This document shows, one piece after another, positions 36,775-49,030 of a stretch of 64,000 bases of DNA. Location of the stretch: NCBI GenBank assembly GCA_965112155.1, contig OZ218100.1; one strand, given 5' to 3'. The notes beneath the pieces were generated by a model that was given only the letters and a program-made list of their open reading frames with translations, was not told the origin of the DNA and searched no databases. Origin of the DNA: Podarcis liolepis. Taxonomy: Eukaryota. Each line of letters starts with the position of its first letter. Position 1 is the stretch's first letter. The translations under genes and the position numbers were made by a program.

Positions 36775-37133
36775 AGGACTGGGGAACCATTTTCAATTTG
36801 ATGGTTTTATTCCCTTCTAGGCAGCATTCAAGGGGCCACATGGTGGTGGTGAGCAGACAGGGCTGGAGACAAAAGTGGGTGGAGCAAGAAATGTAAATTT
36901 TACTCTTCTACAGTAGGCTAGTTTCTGCAAACACCCACATGTCCCTCTGAGTTCTCCATCCGGGCAGCTAAGAGGCATTATCAGTCTTCAAAGGCACATT
37001 CCAGCCAGGCAAAAACCGGGCTGGTGAGAGGTGGGGCCTGAGGAGGGAGTGGGGCCTCAGGCAACTCCCAAAGGCCAGATAGGTAAGGCTTACAGGGCTG
37101 CACTTGGCCCCAAGGCCTGAGGTTCCTCACCTC
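36775..37133. mobile_element. Degenerate hAT (Charlie-like) non-autonomous element
   Basis: Termini AGGACTGGGGAACC ... GGTTCCTCACCTCT; subterminal GGGCC motifs. Confidence 0.5.
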
Positions 37134-38998
37134 TAAAATAAACGAATGTGCACGTACACACACAGTCGCTGTGAAATAAAGCCTTGGGATTTCACTGCCA
37201 TCTGCAGAGAAATATGACCCAGCCAGGCAGTAAGATTCAGCTTAATGCCATGAAATTTATTTTTAATCAAAGGCATGTCCATTTTTAGAACAGGCATGCC
37301 TAATTTTTTGTATTCTCAGGATTCTGTTTTTGTATACTCAATATACTCTGCTCTATTCCTCAAACACTCCTCCAGTCAAAGTGTATTTTGCCAGTCACGT
37401 TTCTGGTCTTCATTTCAAATAAATGCTTATCCTGCAGCTTCCTGGTGTTCGTGTAACAAATGTTATTGTGGGGTAGAGGGTTGTCCTGTTTCTGCTGCAC
37501 TGTGGCTCTTTCAGACAGCGATAATATAATAGCATTGGGGAAAGAAAGCACAAAGAAAGTGGATTTAATCCAACATGTGCCACAGAATAAATCCACAATA
37601 AAATTCCAGTCTGGAGGGGTTCTAAGGCTTCCATTTATAATTTAAGTTTATGAGGGAACTGTACTTATCTGCACATAACATTGTACTTAAAAAAATATTC
37701 TCTGGCAATTCAGATAGGCCAATAAGCTTGCAAGAGATACGCTGCAGAAACAAACAAAAGCTCATTGTTCCTAAGCTTTTCAAAAAGGCAGCTGCCCATC
37801 AGTTAAGAGAGACGAACTAGCAAGCAAAGCCAAACAAACGTCACATTTAAACCACCATCCGTAATAACCCTCAAGCAAAGGGCAGTTCTTATGTTCTTAT
37901 ATGAGGAATATGATAGAGCCAAACTGAAGGCACTTTAGCACAACAGGAGCGTTTACTGAGCTAAATAAGGTCACAGACATATTTGTGTCTTAATTTCAGT
38001 CAGGCATCTGAACCCGTTTTAAAAACCAGAGCTGAGCCCTTCAATACGGAAATAAGAAAAAGTGCCACAGAAAATACTCTTCCCTATTGCCCTCAAAATA
38101 CCCTTTTCCTCCCACATCTGGGGTTAGCGGGGGAGGGCACTGATTCACTCTCCTAAAAAAATATATTACTTGAGTTTTATCAAAATATAACCACTTCACT
38201 CAAGCAAACAAGCCACATCAGCTGCTTGTCACATTCCCCCCCCCCCCAGCCTCTGCGACCACCTGGTTTCATCCTTAACACAAGGGGGAGGAGCCTGTGG
38301 TACTCCAGGTGCTATTGGACTCCAATTCCCGTCATCCCCAACTAGTATGGTCAATGAAGCAGGGAGTGATGGGAACTGTAACCTGACAACATATGGACAG
38401 CCACAGGTTCTCCACCCCGGCTTTAACAGCTTAATGGCAGGCAGGAATTCAATGTACACAGCTCTTCTCAGCATCAGGATGCAGCAATAGAGGAAGCTGC
38501 ACTTATTACCGTATATTTCCGCCTGCCCTGGCGTTAACTAAATGCACAGTGATTCTGTGAGGGTAGTCAGGGCCGACCTACTCATGAGGTTGGCTGAGGC
38601 AGCACCTCAGGTGGCAGAATGCCCATCCTGCTTTCTCCACCGCTGGCAGAGAAGAGGCAGGGGCACTGGCTTCCAGGGAGATCTCACAAGATCCTGTGCA
38701 CTCCATGTGATCTTGCCAGAACCCGCCATCACTGCTGTTGCCACATGACCCAGGTAAGGGAGGCTTTGGTGATGCGGAATGACACCTTCCTGTTTTGCCT
38801 CAGGCGGCAAAGTAGGACGAGCCACTCCTGAGGGGAGTGCATGAAAGCTAAACCTCAGGGTTAAAGCAAGGGAATACCTTTACCTGTAGATATTGACTAT
38901 TCCTATAGACTTCTTTTATTTAAGAAAATCACTAAGATGTGTTTTTAAGAAAACACAGAGAGGAAAAGAGATTATCAACAGAAGTTTACATGTCATAC

Positions 38999-39105
38999 CT
39001 CCAAAACCTGGCCGCATGCTGAAGTCATGGTCATCTATTCTCAGAAGTTGCTCTGACTTTGTAAGTGGTGATTTGGTGATATCAGGACTTCGTTTCAATA
39101 TTGGA
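38999..39105 (-). CDS. GABRR1: GABRR1 coding exon 3
   Basis: acatag| SPILKRSPDITKSPLTKSEQLLRIDDHDFSMRPGFG |gtatga; 107 nt. Confidence 0.96.
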
Positions 39106-40988
39106 CTATGTGGAAAAAGAGAAAAGCACAATTACACAACTGTACTACTGCACTATTCCTTAATGTGGGTTCTCCAGGGGGCTCACAGAACACTAATCTG
39201 GTGTGTGGAGACACAAATCAAGTAATTGTATTGGTTAAATGCCTAAAAAATAGTCCAGCCCCAATATTTCCTAGAGTGGTGGATAACCTCGCCGAGTTCA
39301 TTGGCCGTTCAATCCTATGCCTGTTTTCTCAGAAGTAAGTTCTGTGGTGTTCAGTGGAACCTCCTCTCAGAAAAGAGCATATAAGATTATAGACTGAGGA
39401 GATGAAATGACATTTGACATGTCACTGACTTCATCTCCTCCAGCTCTGCTAAAGTAACTGGACCCACCAACAACCACGGACTAGTAGGGGAGCTATGCAA
39501 AACCTTTGAAAAACAACCCCATATGATCTGGTGTATTTTTAGACAGCTAGTGTGATAGGAGTGCTAAAGCACGTTTCAGTTTCTTCAGTCCCTATTGAAC
39601 AAACACAACATTGTGCAGCGTGTAGCACGCTATCTAATGTATCTTTACCGTAATTGCTAAGTAAACAGGAATAGGGGCAGGGCCAGGAAGCACTGAGAAG
39701 TGAATTGTAAGCAAGTCTAAGATAGTTTTGTGACAGGCATTAAAGAAACAATGCTGAAAAGCCAACTGGCTGCAGCCCAAGTGCAAATGTGGCAAGTTGG
39801 GAACCCAGCCAGGCCGGACGCACGTTTGCAGAGAAAAGGCTTCTTCCATACCTGCTCCAGGTATCTTAGGAAAAGCAAAGAGAGCCTTAAAGAGGGGAGG
39901 GCGAAAACACAGAAGCAGTTACTTCAGAACAGTCACCTCAGCTTAGGCCCACCTCCACACACACACCCCAGAAGCCAAATGTAGCCCATCAGCATTGTAG
40001 GGAAGCTCACTGGAGATGCGGCAAAGCAGTTCTTCCTGTCTGTCTGGGCTTGTCAAATCGGGAAGCTGCCATGCATGCGACAGGCCTCATACAGGGCTGA
40101 TGTGCAGGCTGCATTTAGCTGGATGAGTATAAAGTTGTGCTAGTTCTGCTTGGGAAGCAAATTTGGTTGCACAGTCTAGGCGGTCTGAGCTGGATGTGTG
40201 CCTGGTTTATCTCGAAAGCAGGGCTGAGGTAATTTGCTGCTCAGGCCCACAGCTTCGATTTCAAGTTTGCAACACGCTGGTTACTTGATATGTTGACAGT
40301 GACTTGGTAGTGGTACTCGAGCCTAAATACTTTTGCTCCACTGTAACCATTGCAAATAGACTTGAGACCAAGAGCTCTGCTAGCCGGCTGCTTGTTTTCA
40401 CCATTACCAGTATCACCCAGCAGAATGGGAGGGAGAGGTAGCATCTTCCGTTGCCTTTCATACCCCTGGATTTAATTTTGTATAGGAAGCTGCTTTGTAC
40501 TGAATCAGATCACTGGTCCACCTAACTTAATATCTTCTAACTGGCAGCAGCTCTCCAGTTTCAGACAGGGCTCCATGCCAGCCCTTTCTGAAGATGCTAG
40601 GAACTTCGTGCGTGCAAAGCAGGTGCTCTACCACCTGCTATTGGTCCCAGACAACAATCATGCCTCCTGAAAACAGCTCAAAGTGACAGGCTTCTGGCAT
40701 GACTTCCTGCCCAAAGGAGAAGTCTCTCTCTCCCTGCCTCCCCTGTGTGTATGTGTGTTGGCTGATGTAAAGCTAGCAGCATCCAGCAGCTTTGTGTGAA
40801 TCTCTCCCCTTTTTGAGTCTCTTGTGCCATGTTTACTACAACCTCCTAAGCCCAGGTTATTATACTTAGTTATTAGTAGTGCATAGTTTATGATGCACCA
40901 GCATCTTCTAACTTCATGTATATAGTGTGAATAATTGTCTTGTGACTTGAGGCTCTAAAACACTTCACGTTGAACTGTGTGGCAAAGA

Positions 40989-41126
40989 CTGTGTGGTATC
41001 TGAAGAAGTGTGCATGCACACGAAAGCTCATACCAAGAACTAACTTAGTTGGTCTTTAAGGTGCTACTGGAAGGAATTTTTTTATTTTGACTATGGCAGA
41101 CCAACACGGCTACCTATCTGTAACTC
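40989..41126 (+). mobile_element. Penelope-like retroelement pseudo-LTR fragment
   Basis: Recognised reptile PLE terminal sequence (GAAAGCTCATACC...TTAGTTGGTCTTTAAGGTGCTACTGG...ACCAACACGGCTACC). Flanked by direct repeat TGTGGCAAAGA (40978-40988, 41127-41137). Confidence 0.75.
40994..41035 (+). ncRNA. Minimal type I hammerhead ribozyme motif (Penelope-like element-associated)
   Basis: UGGUAU-CUGAAGA-A-GUGUG-CAUG-CACAC-GAAA-GC-UC-AUACCA. Stem I is UGGUAU/AUACCA and stem II is GUGUG/CACAC. CUGANGA and GAAA core intact; stem III reduced to palindromic AGCU; predicted cleavage after C41029. Confidence 0.8.
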
Positions 41127-41342
41127 TGTGGCAAAGAGTTTTCCTCACTGTCAAGTCTGAAATAGCTGACAATAGAAAAGAACCAAGATCTTGAAGCTCT
41201 GCTGTGTTACTCTTCTAGTTACACTGGCATGGGTGTGATCTGAAAACTTTATCAGTACTGACTTCTGCTGAGGGTAGGGGTGGTTACAAAGGAGAGAAGG
41301 CATAGGAAAGGACATTGGCCTGTTCCGTTTTTAGTAGCATAC

Positions 41343-41396
41343 CTGCCTTGCTTGTGTGATTCTCCATGTGTTTCTCTTCTCTGTCTTTGAGGCCGA
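41343..41396 (-). CDS. GABRR1: GABRR1 coding exon 2
   Basis: tcatag| SRPQRQRRETHGESHKQG |gtatgc; 54 nt, phase 2-2. Confidence 0.92.
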
Positions 41397-41529
41397 CTAT
41401 GAACAAAAAAAAAAATAAATGATAGGTTGCGTATGTTCACAATCTTCTAGAAAGTTACATTGATATCTTCTTAGTGCAAATCACATATTTCATCCTTGAC
41501 ACACTATATTGACACTTGAGATTAACTTT

Positions 41530-42450
41530 TCCTTTTTTCCTTTTTATGAATATAAATTTTATTATCATAAGCACTAAAGACAAAAATCCATTATTAAATT
41601 AATTTGTCTACAAATACGGAAATGTTATATAAATATTGGATACATACTGTACAAAGACATTCAACATTTTTCAATATAAGACAACCCAATGTTTTATTTT
41701 AATTTATAAAATAATCATAGTTCTAAAATGAGATTACTTTAACCAGCCATATTTAATGTGCAACTAGACTTCAAATATATTTAAATCTATGTCTGCTTCA
41801 ATAAACTATATGCATTTGTTTCCTCCTGCATCCTTACATTCCAATACAGTATGATATAAACAAGCCTCACATTTCAATGAATCATCTTGCTGTCGGCCTT
41901 CCCTAATCCTTATTATATTTGTAAGTTTGAGCACTTGAACCATATCTCAGAACTTGGTTAGCCAATTTTCTTTTTCTGGAGGATCTTATTCTTGCCCCAC
42001 TCCACATGCTTGACATATAGGCATTATCCACACCTTACATTTAATGCACATCCCACAGCACATAACTTCGCCCAAAGAAACATAGAAACTGCAATTTGTT
42101 AAGGATTCTGGGGATTGTACTCCTGTGAGATGGGGGAAAATCATGTGCTTTAAAGCCAGGGTGACATAAGAAGGTGAAGGATAATTTATTCATCTTCCTG
42201 TAATGCAACTTCCTTGATGTATCCAAACAATATTACTATATTAGAGATCTTGATGCAGTTCATATTCCACAGTTTCACTTATTTCCATTAATATTTGGTG
42301 CCAATATGATCTGCTCTATGAAGATGACCAGAGAATATGGAAAATTTGATTAAACTGACACCTCCAGCATAAGCTACTAACATTGGGGTATGTTCTATTT
42401 AATCTTTTTTGAGGGGGAATCTCACTCCAAAAAAAGTTTTTAATTTGCAG
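41530..42450 (-). mobile_element. L1 LINE 3' remnant
   Basis: T-rich end near 41530 (poly-A on -). Decayed ORF2 C-terminal zinc knuckle LCWRC...FHILW in ORF 42316-42549. Confidence 0.65.
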
Positions 42451-42896
42451 TGTGAAACTTAGATGATTGGTCTGCAGAAGCGGGAGAGTGAAGTAGAGGC
42501 AGGAGGTTGTAAAATTACACAGAACCCCTGGGTAATGCTCATGGGACAAAGGATAAACATCTGCTGTATAGAGTCAAGTTCTCATAGCCTTTACTCAATC
42601 CTGCGGGGAAAGGAGAACAGGTGAAGCTATCGTTTTCTAATTCCCTCCACCCCAGTCACTCTTTTTAGAAGGCTACAGGAGCATTTTTTTTCTGGCTAAA
42701 ATGGATGGATTTTAATAAGGGTCTTAAATAAAGGGTCTTATTAAGAGCCCCCTGCCTTTCTCCCCATAATTTGAGCTCTGCAGAACATGAGACAATAACA
42801 TTGTGAGTGAACTGATATTAACACTTTAGTAGCAACAACAACAGCAGTGCACAAAATAATTGTTCAGACATTTTAAGCCACATTTTAAAACAATTT

Positions 42897-43155
42897 GAGC
42901 CAGTGTGGTGTAGTGGTTAAGAGCGGTAGTCACGTAATCTGGGAAACCGGGTTCGTGTCTCCGCTCCTCCACATGCAGCTGCTGGGTGACCTTGGGCCAG
43001 TCACACTTCTTTGAAGTCTCTCAGCCCCACTCACCTCACAGAGTGTTTGTTGTGGGGGAGGAAGGGAAAGGAGAATGTTAGCCGCTTTGAGACTCCTGAA
43101 GGGGAGTGAAAGGCGGGATATCAAATCCAAACTCTTCTTCTTCTTCTTCATCTTC
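42897..43155 (+). mobile_element. tRNA-derived SINE, Squam3(B)-like
   Basis: Near-identical to 20513-20756; A/B boxes; (CTT)n tail. Confidence 0.85.
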
Positions 43156-43730
43156 CAGGTAGACTAGAACACCAAGTGGCTCAGGTTTTTCTCAGGTTAA
43201 TCTCCATGGTTCAGGTGCGGACTAACAATGTCATAAGACCCTGCCCAATAGGAGGTGTTCTCTGTTTCCACACAAGCAAATGCATTTCAGAATGTGTCAC
43301 AAAATGCAATACAGCTTTTAACTGTTCTACTGAAAGGCACTTTCAAAACACCCAAAGAACAATGTACCAACAATATGAAGATGACGGTGTGGGTGCACTG
43401 ACCAAAAAAATGTGTCTGCAGAAGACAATGAATGCACTTTATGGCTGTGTGTGTCTACACACTCGGAGTTGTTGAAAGTGGCGTATTCAGAGTGGTGCAA
43501 CATCCCATCCAGGCTCAGAATACATTACCCTGACAACACTAAACCAACCTATTTGTGCCACAGTGGCTGAGGTAGGCTCTGTCGAGCCAGGTGCTGCCAT
43601 CAAAATCTAGTGAATTCAAGGGACTCCCTGGAGTCAAAGATGCACAGTGCATTCTGGGGAAATATATGACCCAGAGAGAGACTTCAGGTCACTTGATGTA
43701 CTCTGACAGTTGCCGACTTCTTTCAGGTTG

Positions 43731-43878
43731 CAGTGGCGTAGCGTGGGTTGTCAGCACCCGGGGCAAGGCAAGTAATTTGCGCCCCCTAACCCGTGGATTT
43801 GCGCCCCCTAACCCTAACCCCCAGATGTTGCGCCCGGTGCGGCCCGCCCCCCCCTGCACCCCCCACGCTACGCCACTG
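43731..43878. mobile_element. hAT MITE (148 bp)
   Basis: Perfect 17-bp TIR CAGTGGCGTAGCGTGGG; perfect 8-bp TSD TCAGGTTG. Confidence 0.92.
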
Positions 43879-44619
43879 TCAGGTTGGGCCCCTACTAAAA
43901 GAGGATCTTCTAAATTAGCACACTTGTGAGGGGCAAAGCAAGCAAAGTAAGCTTTTAAACATGTAAAATCCAGGCTTAATGAATGAAAAATGATGCATCA
44001 TGTTAGCAGACTCATTTGATAATCTCTCCTCTTGTCTCTGTCAATTCAGGTGCACTTTGCATTGTCTTATGTAAGCACACATACACACTAACAAAGGAAA
44101 TTCATTATCAAAATAGCTTTTGGTAATAACAGAAAGCAACTAAAAGCATTGGAAAATGTAGGAGAAGGCTAGTCTATATTCTTTTCTTAGGGAATTTGAT
44201 GAGCTAATGCGTGAAATTTGGCTAGCAAAATGGACTCAGAAAGCAGACAGGTGTTGGGACATGAACTTTTAACATCCATCCCCCCCCCCGAATTAACTGT
44301 GCAGAATGTTATAATAACCACAAAACAAGATTTTTAAAATGTTAAAGTCACTTTGTTATGGAAACTAACGAAGCATTATTATCCCTCATCAAGAAACACA
44401 TACTGAAACATGCTTACAACATGCTATTTCTGCAACTTATGAGAATTGTTTTACTATTTCTGCTTTAAGTTCTGTGACATGTTTTTATATCATCTCATTT
44501 TTGTAAACCATCCCATGACTATTTTTGGTGGAGGGTGATATAGAAATCTCTTAATAAAAAATTCACACATACACACAAACTATGTCTGCACACATCTCTC
44601 TACGCTGTAGAGCCTATAG

Positions 44620-44755
44620 CAGTGGTGGCCAAATTTGGTCCTTCAGCTGTTTTTGAACTACAACTCCCATCATCCCTAGCTAACAGGACCAGTGGTCAAG
44701 GTTGATGGGAATTGTAGTCCCAAAACAGCTAGAGGGCCAAGTTTGGCCGCCACTG
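44620..44755. mobile_element. Palindromic hAT MITE (136 bp)
   Basis: TIR CAGTGGYGGCCAAA; perfect 8-bp TSD GCCTATAG; whole element is a long inverted repeat. Confidence 0.9.
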
Positions 44756-47700
44756 GCCTATAGGATTGTAAGGCTCTGAAAGCCAAGCATCATTCAATGC
44801 CGATTCCTTTACTGAACCAGGCTCTTCATTGCCAAACATTTGTAACTGTTCAACCCATCTAATCCAGATTAATAGTGTACCATAAAAAGAAAGCAAAAAG
44901 GTTCAAAGTGTAATGTGCCAACCGATGCCTTGGAGGTGAAGGGAGGTCAGTAGAACAAATATAGATGACTCAAGCAAGTGAACTAAGCTGCAGGGGAACT
45001 GAAAACCTTCCAAATGCAGCAGTAAGATAAACCAAAACAAGCATTGCCTCTTGACTCCTGATACCCTTGGACAGGGTACCCACTTGGACAGCCCACTGGC
45101 AGCAAAAAATGTCCTGGACAGCATGCAACAACAAGCTGTCTTTTAAATTCCCCACAATGCCCAGGAGCAAATGCTACATTGGTTGCTTTTGGGCATTGTG
45201 GGACATTTAAAACCTTGACTCACAGTTGACTGCCATTGCCACCAGCAGGTCAGCTTGTGGCTGGAGGAGGTGGGGGACCCATGTAGGAGGGGTTTCATAG
45301 AAAGCACTTTCCTAAGAGTTCCCAAACCTGGAACTGATCCTGGATTGTCCATATTGATACCATAATTGGGTGGGATTCAATCACAGATCGGCAAACTTAG
45401 GTTGCACTCTTGTGCAACAACCTGCCCCTCAGCAGATATTTTTTGCAATAAGGAAAGTGACAGGAAAATGTGCTGGAAAGTGTGGTAGAACAGTTGCTTC
45501 ATGCAAACAAATCGGAATGAATGCTCAATACACAGGCAACATCTAATCTCTCTGAAAAGTTGTGGGAACAAATCATGATAAATGGTCAAACAACAGATCC
45601 CCTGGAACAAAACCCTGAGTGCAAATGTAGCAACTGAGTGCAAATGTAGCAACTCAGAGCAGACAAGCAAAGCTATGCACCTAGTGAGCTGTCATAGTAT
45701 CTAAATACTCTGTTCTTACATTTGTAGAGGAATTAAAAATTTTACTACGTGGTTGTTTACAATGTGAGGGGAAGGGACCAGTGCAGTCATGTTAAAATGT
45801 AACTCTAAACTGCTTCCTCATACGTTTTCCCTTCATTTAGCTCTCCCTGCTATTCTCTGCACTAGAAAGAAACTGAATTCTTTGATCATTCTACATTTCT
45901 TAGATCATAAAATGTAATCAGACAATTCCCAGGAACAAAACTGAAGGAGAAAACAAAAACACAAAGACAATGCCTCAATGGTCAGAAGTCTGTGTGCAAG
46001 ATGTTTCACTTCAGATTGGAGATGGAGGCTTACATACTTAACACTTCTCCAGATAAACAAATTAAAATAAAATTGTCATTGCACACAGAAATCCTGCGCC
46101 TCGATGTGACACCTGCACTATCCATTTAAAGCAGTATCATGCCACATTAAATATGGAAGTCACTGCTTCCCCCAAAGAATCCTGGGGTGTGTAGTTTGTT
46201 AAGGGTGTTGAGAGTTGATAGGAGACCCTCACAGAGCTACAAGAGTTCCCTGGAAATAGGATTGGATTGTTAGTCCACCCAGGGAATTTGTTACAAAGTG
46301 AAGAAGTTCCTAGTTTTCATCAGGGTTGTAGTGCACAGAGAGGGGAGTTGTAACCAGTTCCTACGAAGCTATGATCCTGTTTAGAATTCCTCCCCCTGCC
46401 CCAGCCCCAGTGTGCAGGAGGTTGGGCGGCCAATTAGCTTTAGAAAAAGTGTCAAAGAGGGGCTTAGCAGCAGCTTAACACCTGCCAATGGTGCCTGTAG
46501 AACCTGTGACCAAGCTGAATGCAATTCTGCAGTCAGATTTTGGCCTGCCAGGTGCCTTAAAAACTACCTTTCACGGGCTTCCCCTCCCCTCCCCTGCACA
46601 TCCCAGTATCCCTGCTATTATAATAGCTCTGCACCCGCCATGTCTGAGTGGTGTTGGAGGGTTAGTGCTCCCATCTCTTATCCGAGTCTATTCCCACTCC
46701 TCACTCATCCTGACTAGCAAATTAAATTTGTGTCTGTTTTCCACTCAGCCACTAATATAAATTATTCCCAGAAAAGGAAATCTGGATCAGAGTCTGGGTG
46801 TCCAAAGAAACAGGTGGTCAGGAGTTCCAGCCATGAAACTCCCATGTCCTATCTAATATAGCTTTCATACTCGTTCTTCGGGAGGCACAATAGTGTGCTC
46901 TGCAGAAAGCAGTAGCATAAAAACCCTCCCTGAGTTTCTTAGACATTGTAAGCCTTGCTCTGTTATGCCTGAAAGGGGAATGCAAACACAAGTATGGGGC
47001 ATGGCAGGGGGGGTGCACATACTAGCCCTGTCCCCAACATGCTTCCCCCATGCATGTTGCGTGTAAAGGTATGAAGGGTATTTTTCATGCGTGTTCACGT
47101 GAACATGCTTTGAAGTCTCTGTGTAGTTAGGACCCCTGTTCAATATGGGAAGGTCAGGGGTGGGGGAGCAGACAGGAACATTGGGGGCAGGGGCTACTTG
47201 TGTTTATATGCACAGTTCAGGCATAGAGTATGACATAATGTTGTGAGCTAGCTTTTTAGTTATTATGGGGTTTGCATCTTGTATTTTGCTCATCTGACAA
47301 GAGGGTAGATTGTGACTTATTTAAACAAAGACTGACCATGTGAACTCATCAAGGATTAGTGGAGCCTAGAGAAGGGATGTACTGAAAGAAGCATTTCTTA
47401 ACTGTTCTTGATTTCTCCTCACATAACAGTAAAATCAGGTTGCACAGTTAAGAAATTGGACTCTCTCTTTTTGTAAGGAAAGTGACAGGAGGGTGCACTG
47501 GAGACTGTAGGATAACAATTCATTGATGTGACATCATATAATAGCGTCTTTGCAAATTAATCAGAATGAATGCTGAATGAATTCATTCCAGAATGAATGT
47601 TGGTGTGTATAACATCCCTGCAAACTTTGTGCAAAGTAATCAAGATGAATGCTTAATGAACAAGTTGCCTGGAAGCAGCCAAAGAAAGTGAATAGAAGTA

Positions 47701-48233
47701 AATAGGATACTAGTTTAGCATCTCAAGTCTAGGGATCAACTTAAGTTGTAGTGATGCAGTACTTGTGCCCAATGGCTGCGAGGCCAGGTCTATCTGGTAA
47801 GATGTGCGGGAGCATTAGACCTGGTGTCTGGGAGAAGTAAGGCCAGATCTATCCATTAATCTTGAGCTATTGCAGATGACATGGAAAAGGTTGACATGCC
47901 AGAAGCAAAAGGCAAACCAGATTTGTACAATGTACCGTATTTGCATGTACAGCTATCCCACCAAGTACTGAGGGGTCAGTTGCTGTGCCCAGCCTTTGGT
48001 TTGTTCTCTAGAGCCATTATGAAGCAACAGTCTGCCCCCATGCACTTGGCAGAACACCACTATGTTGAGCAGTTGCTCAATACATTGCTTATGAAACAGG
48101 ACCATTGCAATATTGAAACAAGTGGCATCATATTGCATGTTCCAACATGGGGAACCTGAGGGGACTTCTAGATGGGGCAAGGTTACTATTGTAAAAGGAT
48201 AGTTCTGCTATTGCAAACTGCTAGTTGGTAACA

Positions 48234-48235
48234 TT

Positions 48236-48285
<50 letters not shown>
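48234..48285. repeat. (TTTC)13 microsatellite
   Basis: Direct read. Confidence 0.97.
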
Positions 48286-48288
<3 letters not shown>

Positions 48289-48443
48289 AGTTTTGGGGTT
48301 TTCCTGGAGTGGGCAAATCTGATAAGGGTTGGGGGGGGAGAGATATGGGAGCCATTTTGATGCCAGAAACGTCATGTAGATGCTGTAAAAAAATATATGC
48401 ATGTGCGAGGTGTGCCTACCCCACAATAAACACCCATCTGGGA

Positions 48444-49030
48444 CATAGCTGTCAAGTGTCCCTTATTTGAAGGGACAGTCCCTTATTCCAGTGCCATGTC
48501 CCGCTGCTGTCCCTTATTGATGGATGTCCCTTAAATGTCCCTTAAATGATGTCCCTTAAATTTCAAAGGAAGCAGCTCCTCTCTCTCCCTCCCTGCTGGC
48601 CAGGGAGGAGGGAGGCTCCAGCTGTGTCGCTTGGCCGTGTTGCTCACCCAATAAGAAGTCTAAGAACGACTGGGGGGTGGAGCTTGCATGCCTTGTGTGT
48701 GGCTAGTTAATGCAAGCTGAGGGGGTTTTTGAATGCTGGATGCCATTTTGTTGCATGTGCTGCTGCAAACTTTGCAGTGCAAAGCCAGGCCGGGGAGCCA
48801 TCTTAAGTTGAGGCTGCATAGGCCTTGTGGTGCATGTGATTCAGATTCTATTCAGTTGAACCTCTGGTTACAAAGTTGGTTGGACAGTGTTCTCGAAGCT
48901 ACCCAGCATGAGTTTGACCAGACTGCAGGAGGACAGGAAGACTGGAGTGCCTGGAACAAGTTAGGCTGCAGGTCCCTTATTTTCAAGGCTGCTGGTCCCT
49001 TATTTTCAAATCTGTAAGTTGACAGCTATG
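48444..49030. mobile_element. Non-autonomous hAT transposon (587 bp)
   Basis: 12-bp TIR CATAGCTGTCAA; 8-bp TSD ATCTGGGA/ATCTGGAA; repeated subterminal GTCCCTTA motifs. Confidence 0.88.

Noticed and set aside
45615-45654. 19-bp tandem duplication CTGAGTGCAAATGTAGCAA x2 (similar short duplications near 12326 and 7172)
   Set aside because: Ordinary slippage duplications; no spacers and not CRISPR-like.
46376-46800. Possible LTR relics here, at ~1420-1760 and at ~52640-52900
   Set aside because: Could not establish TG...CA termini with a matching TSD.
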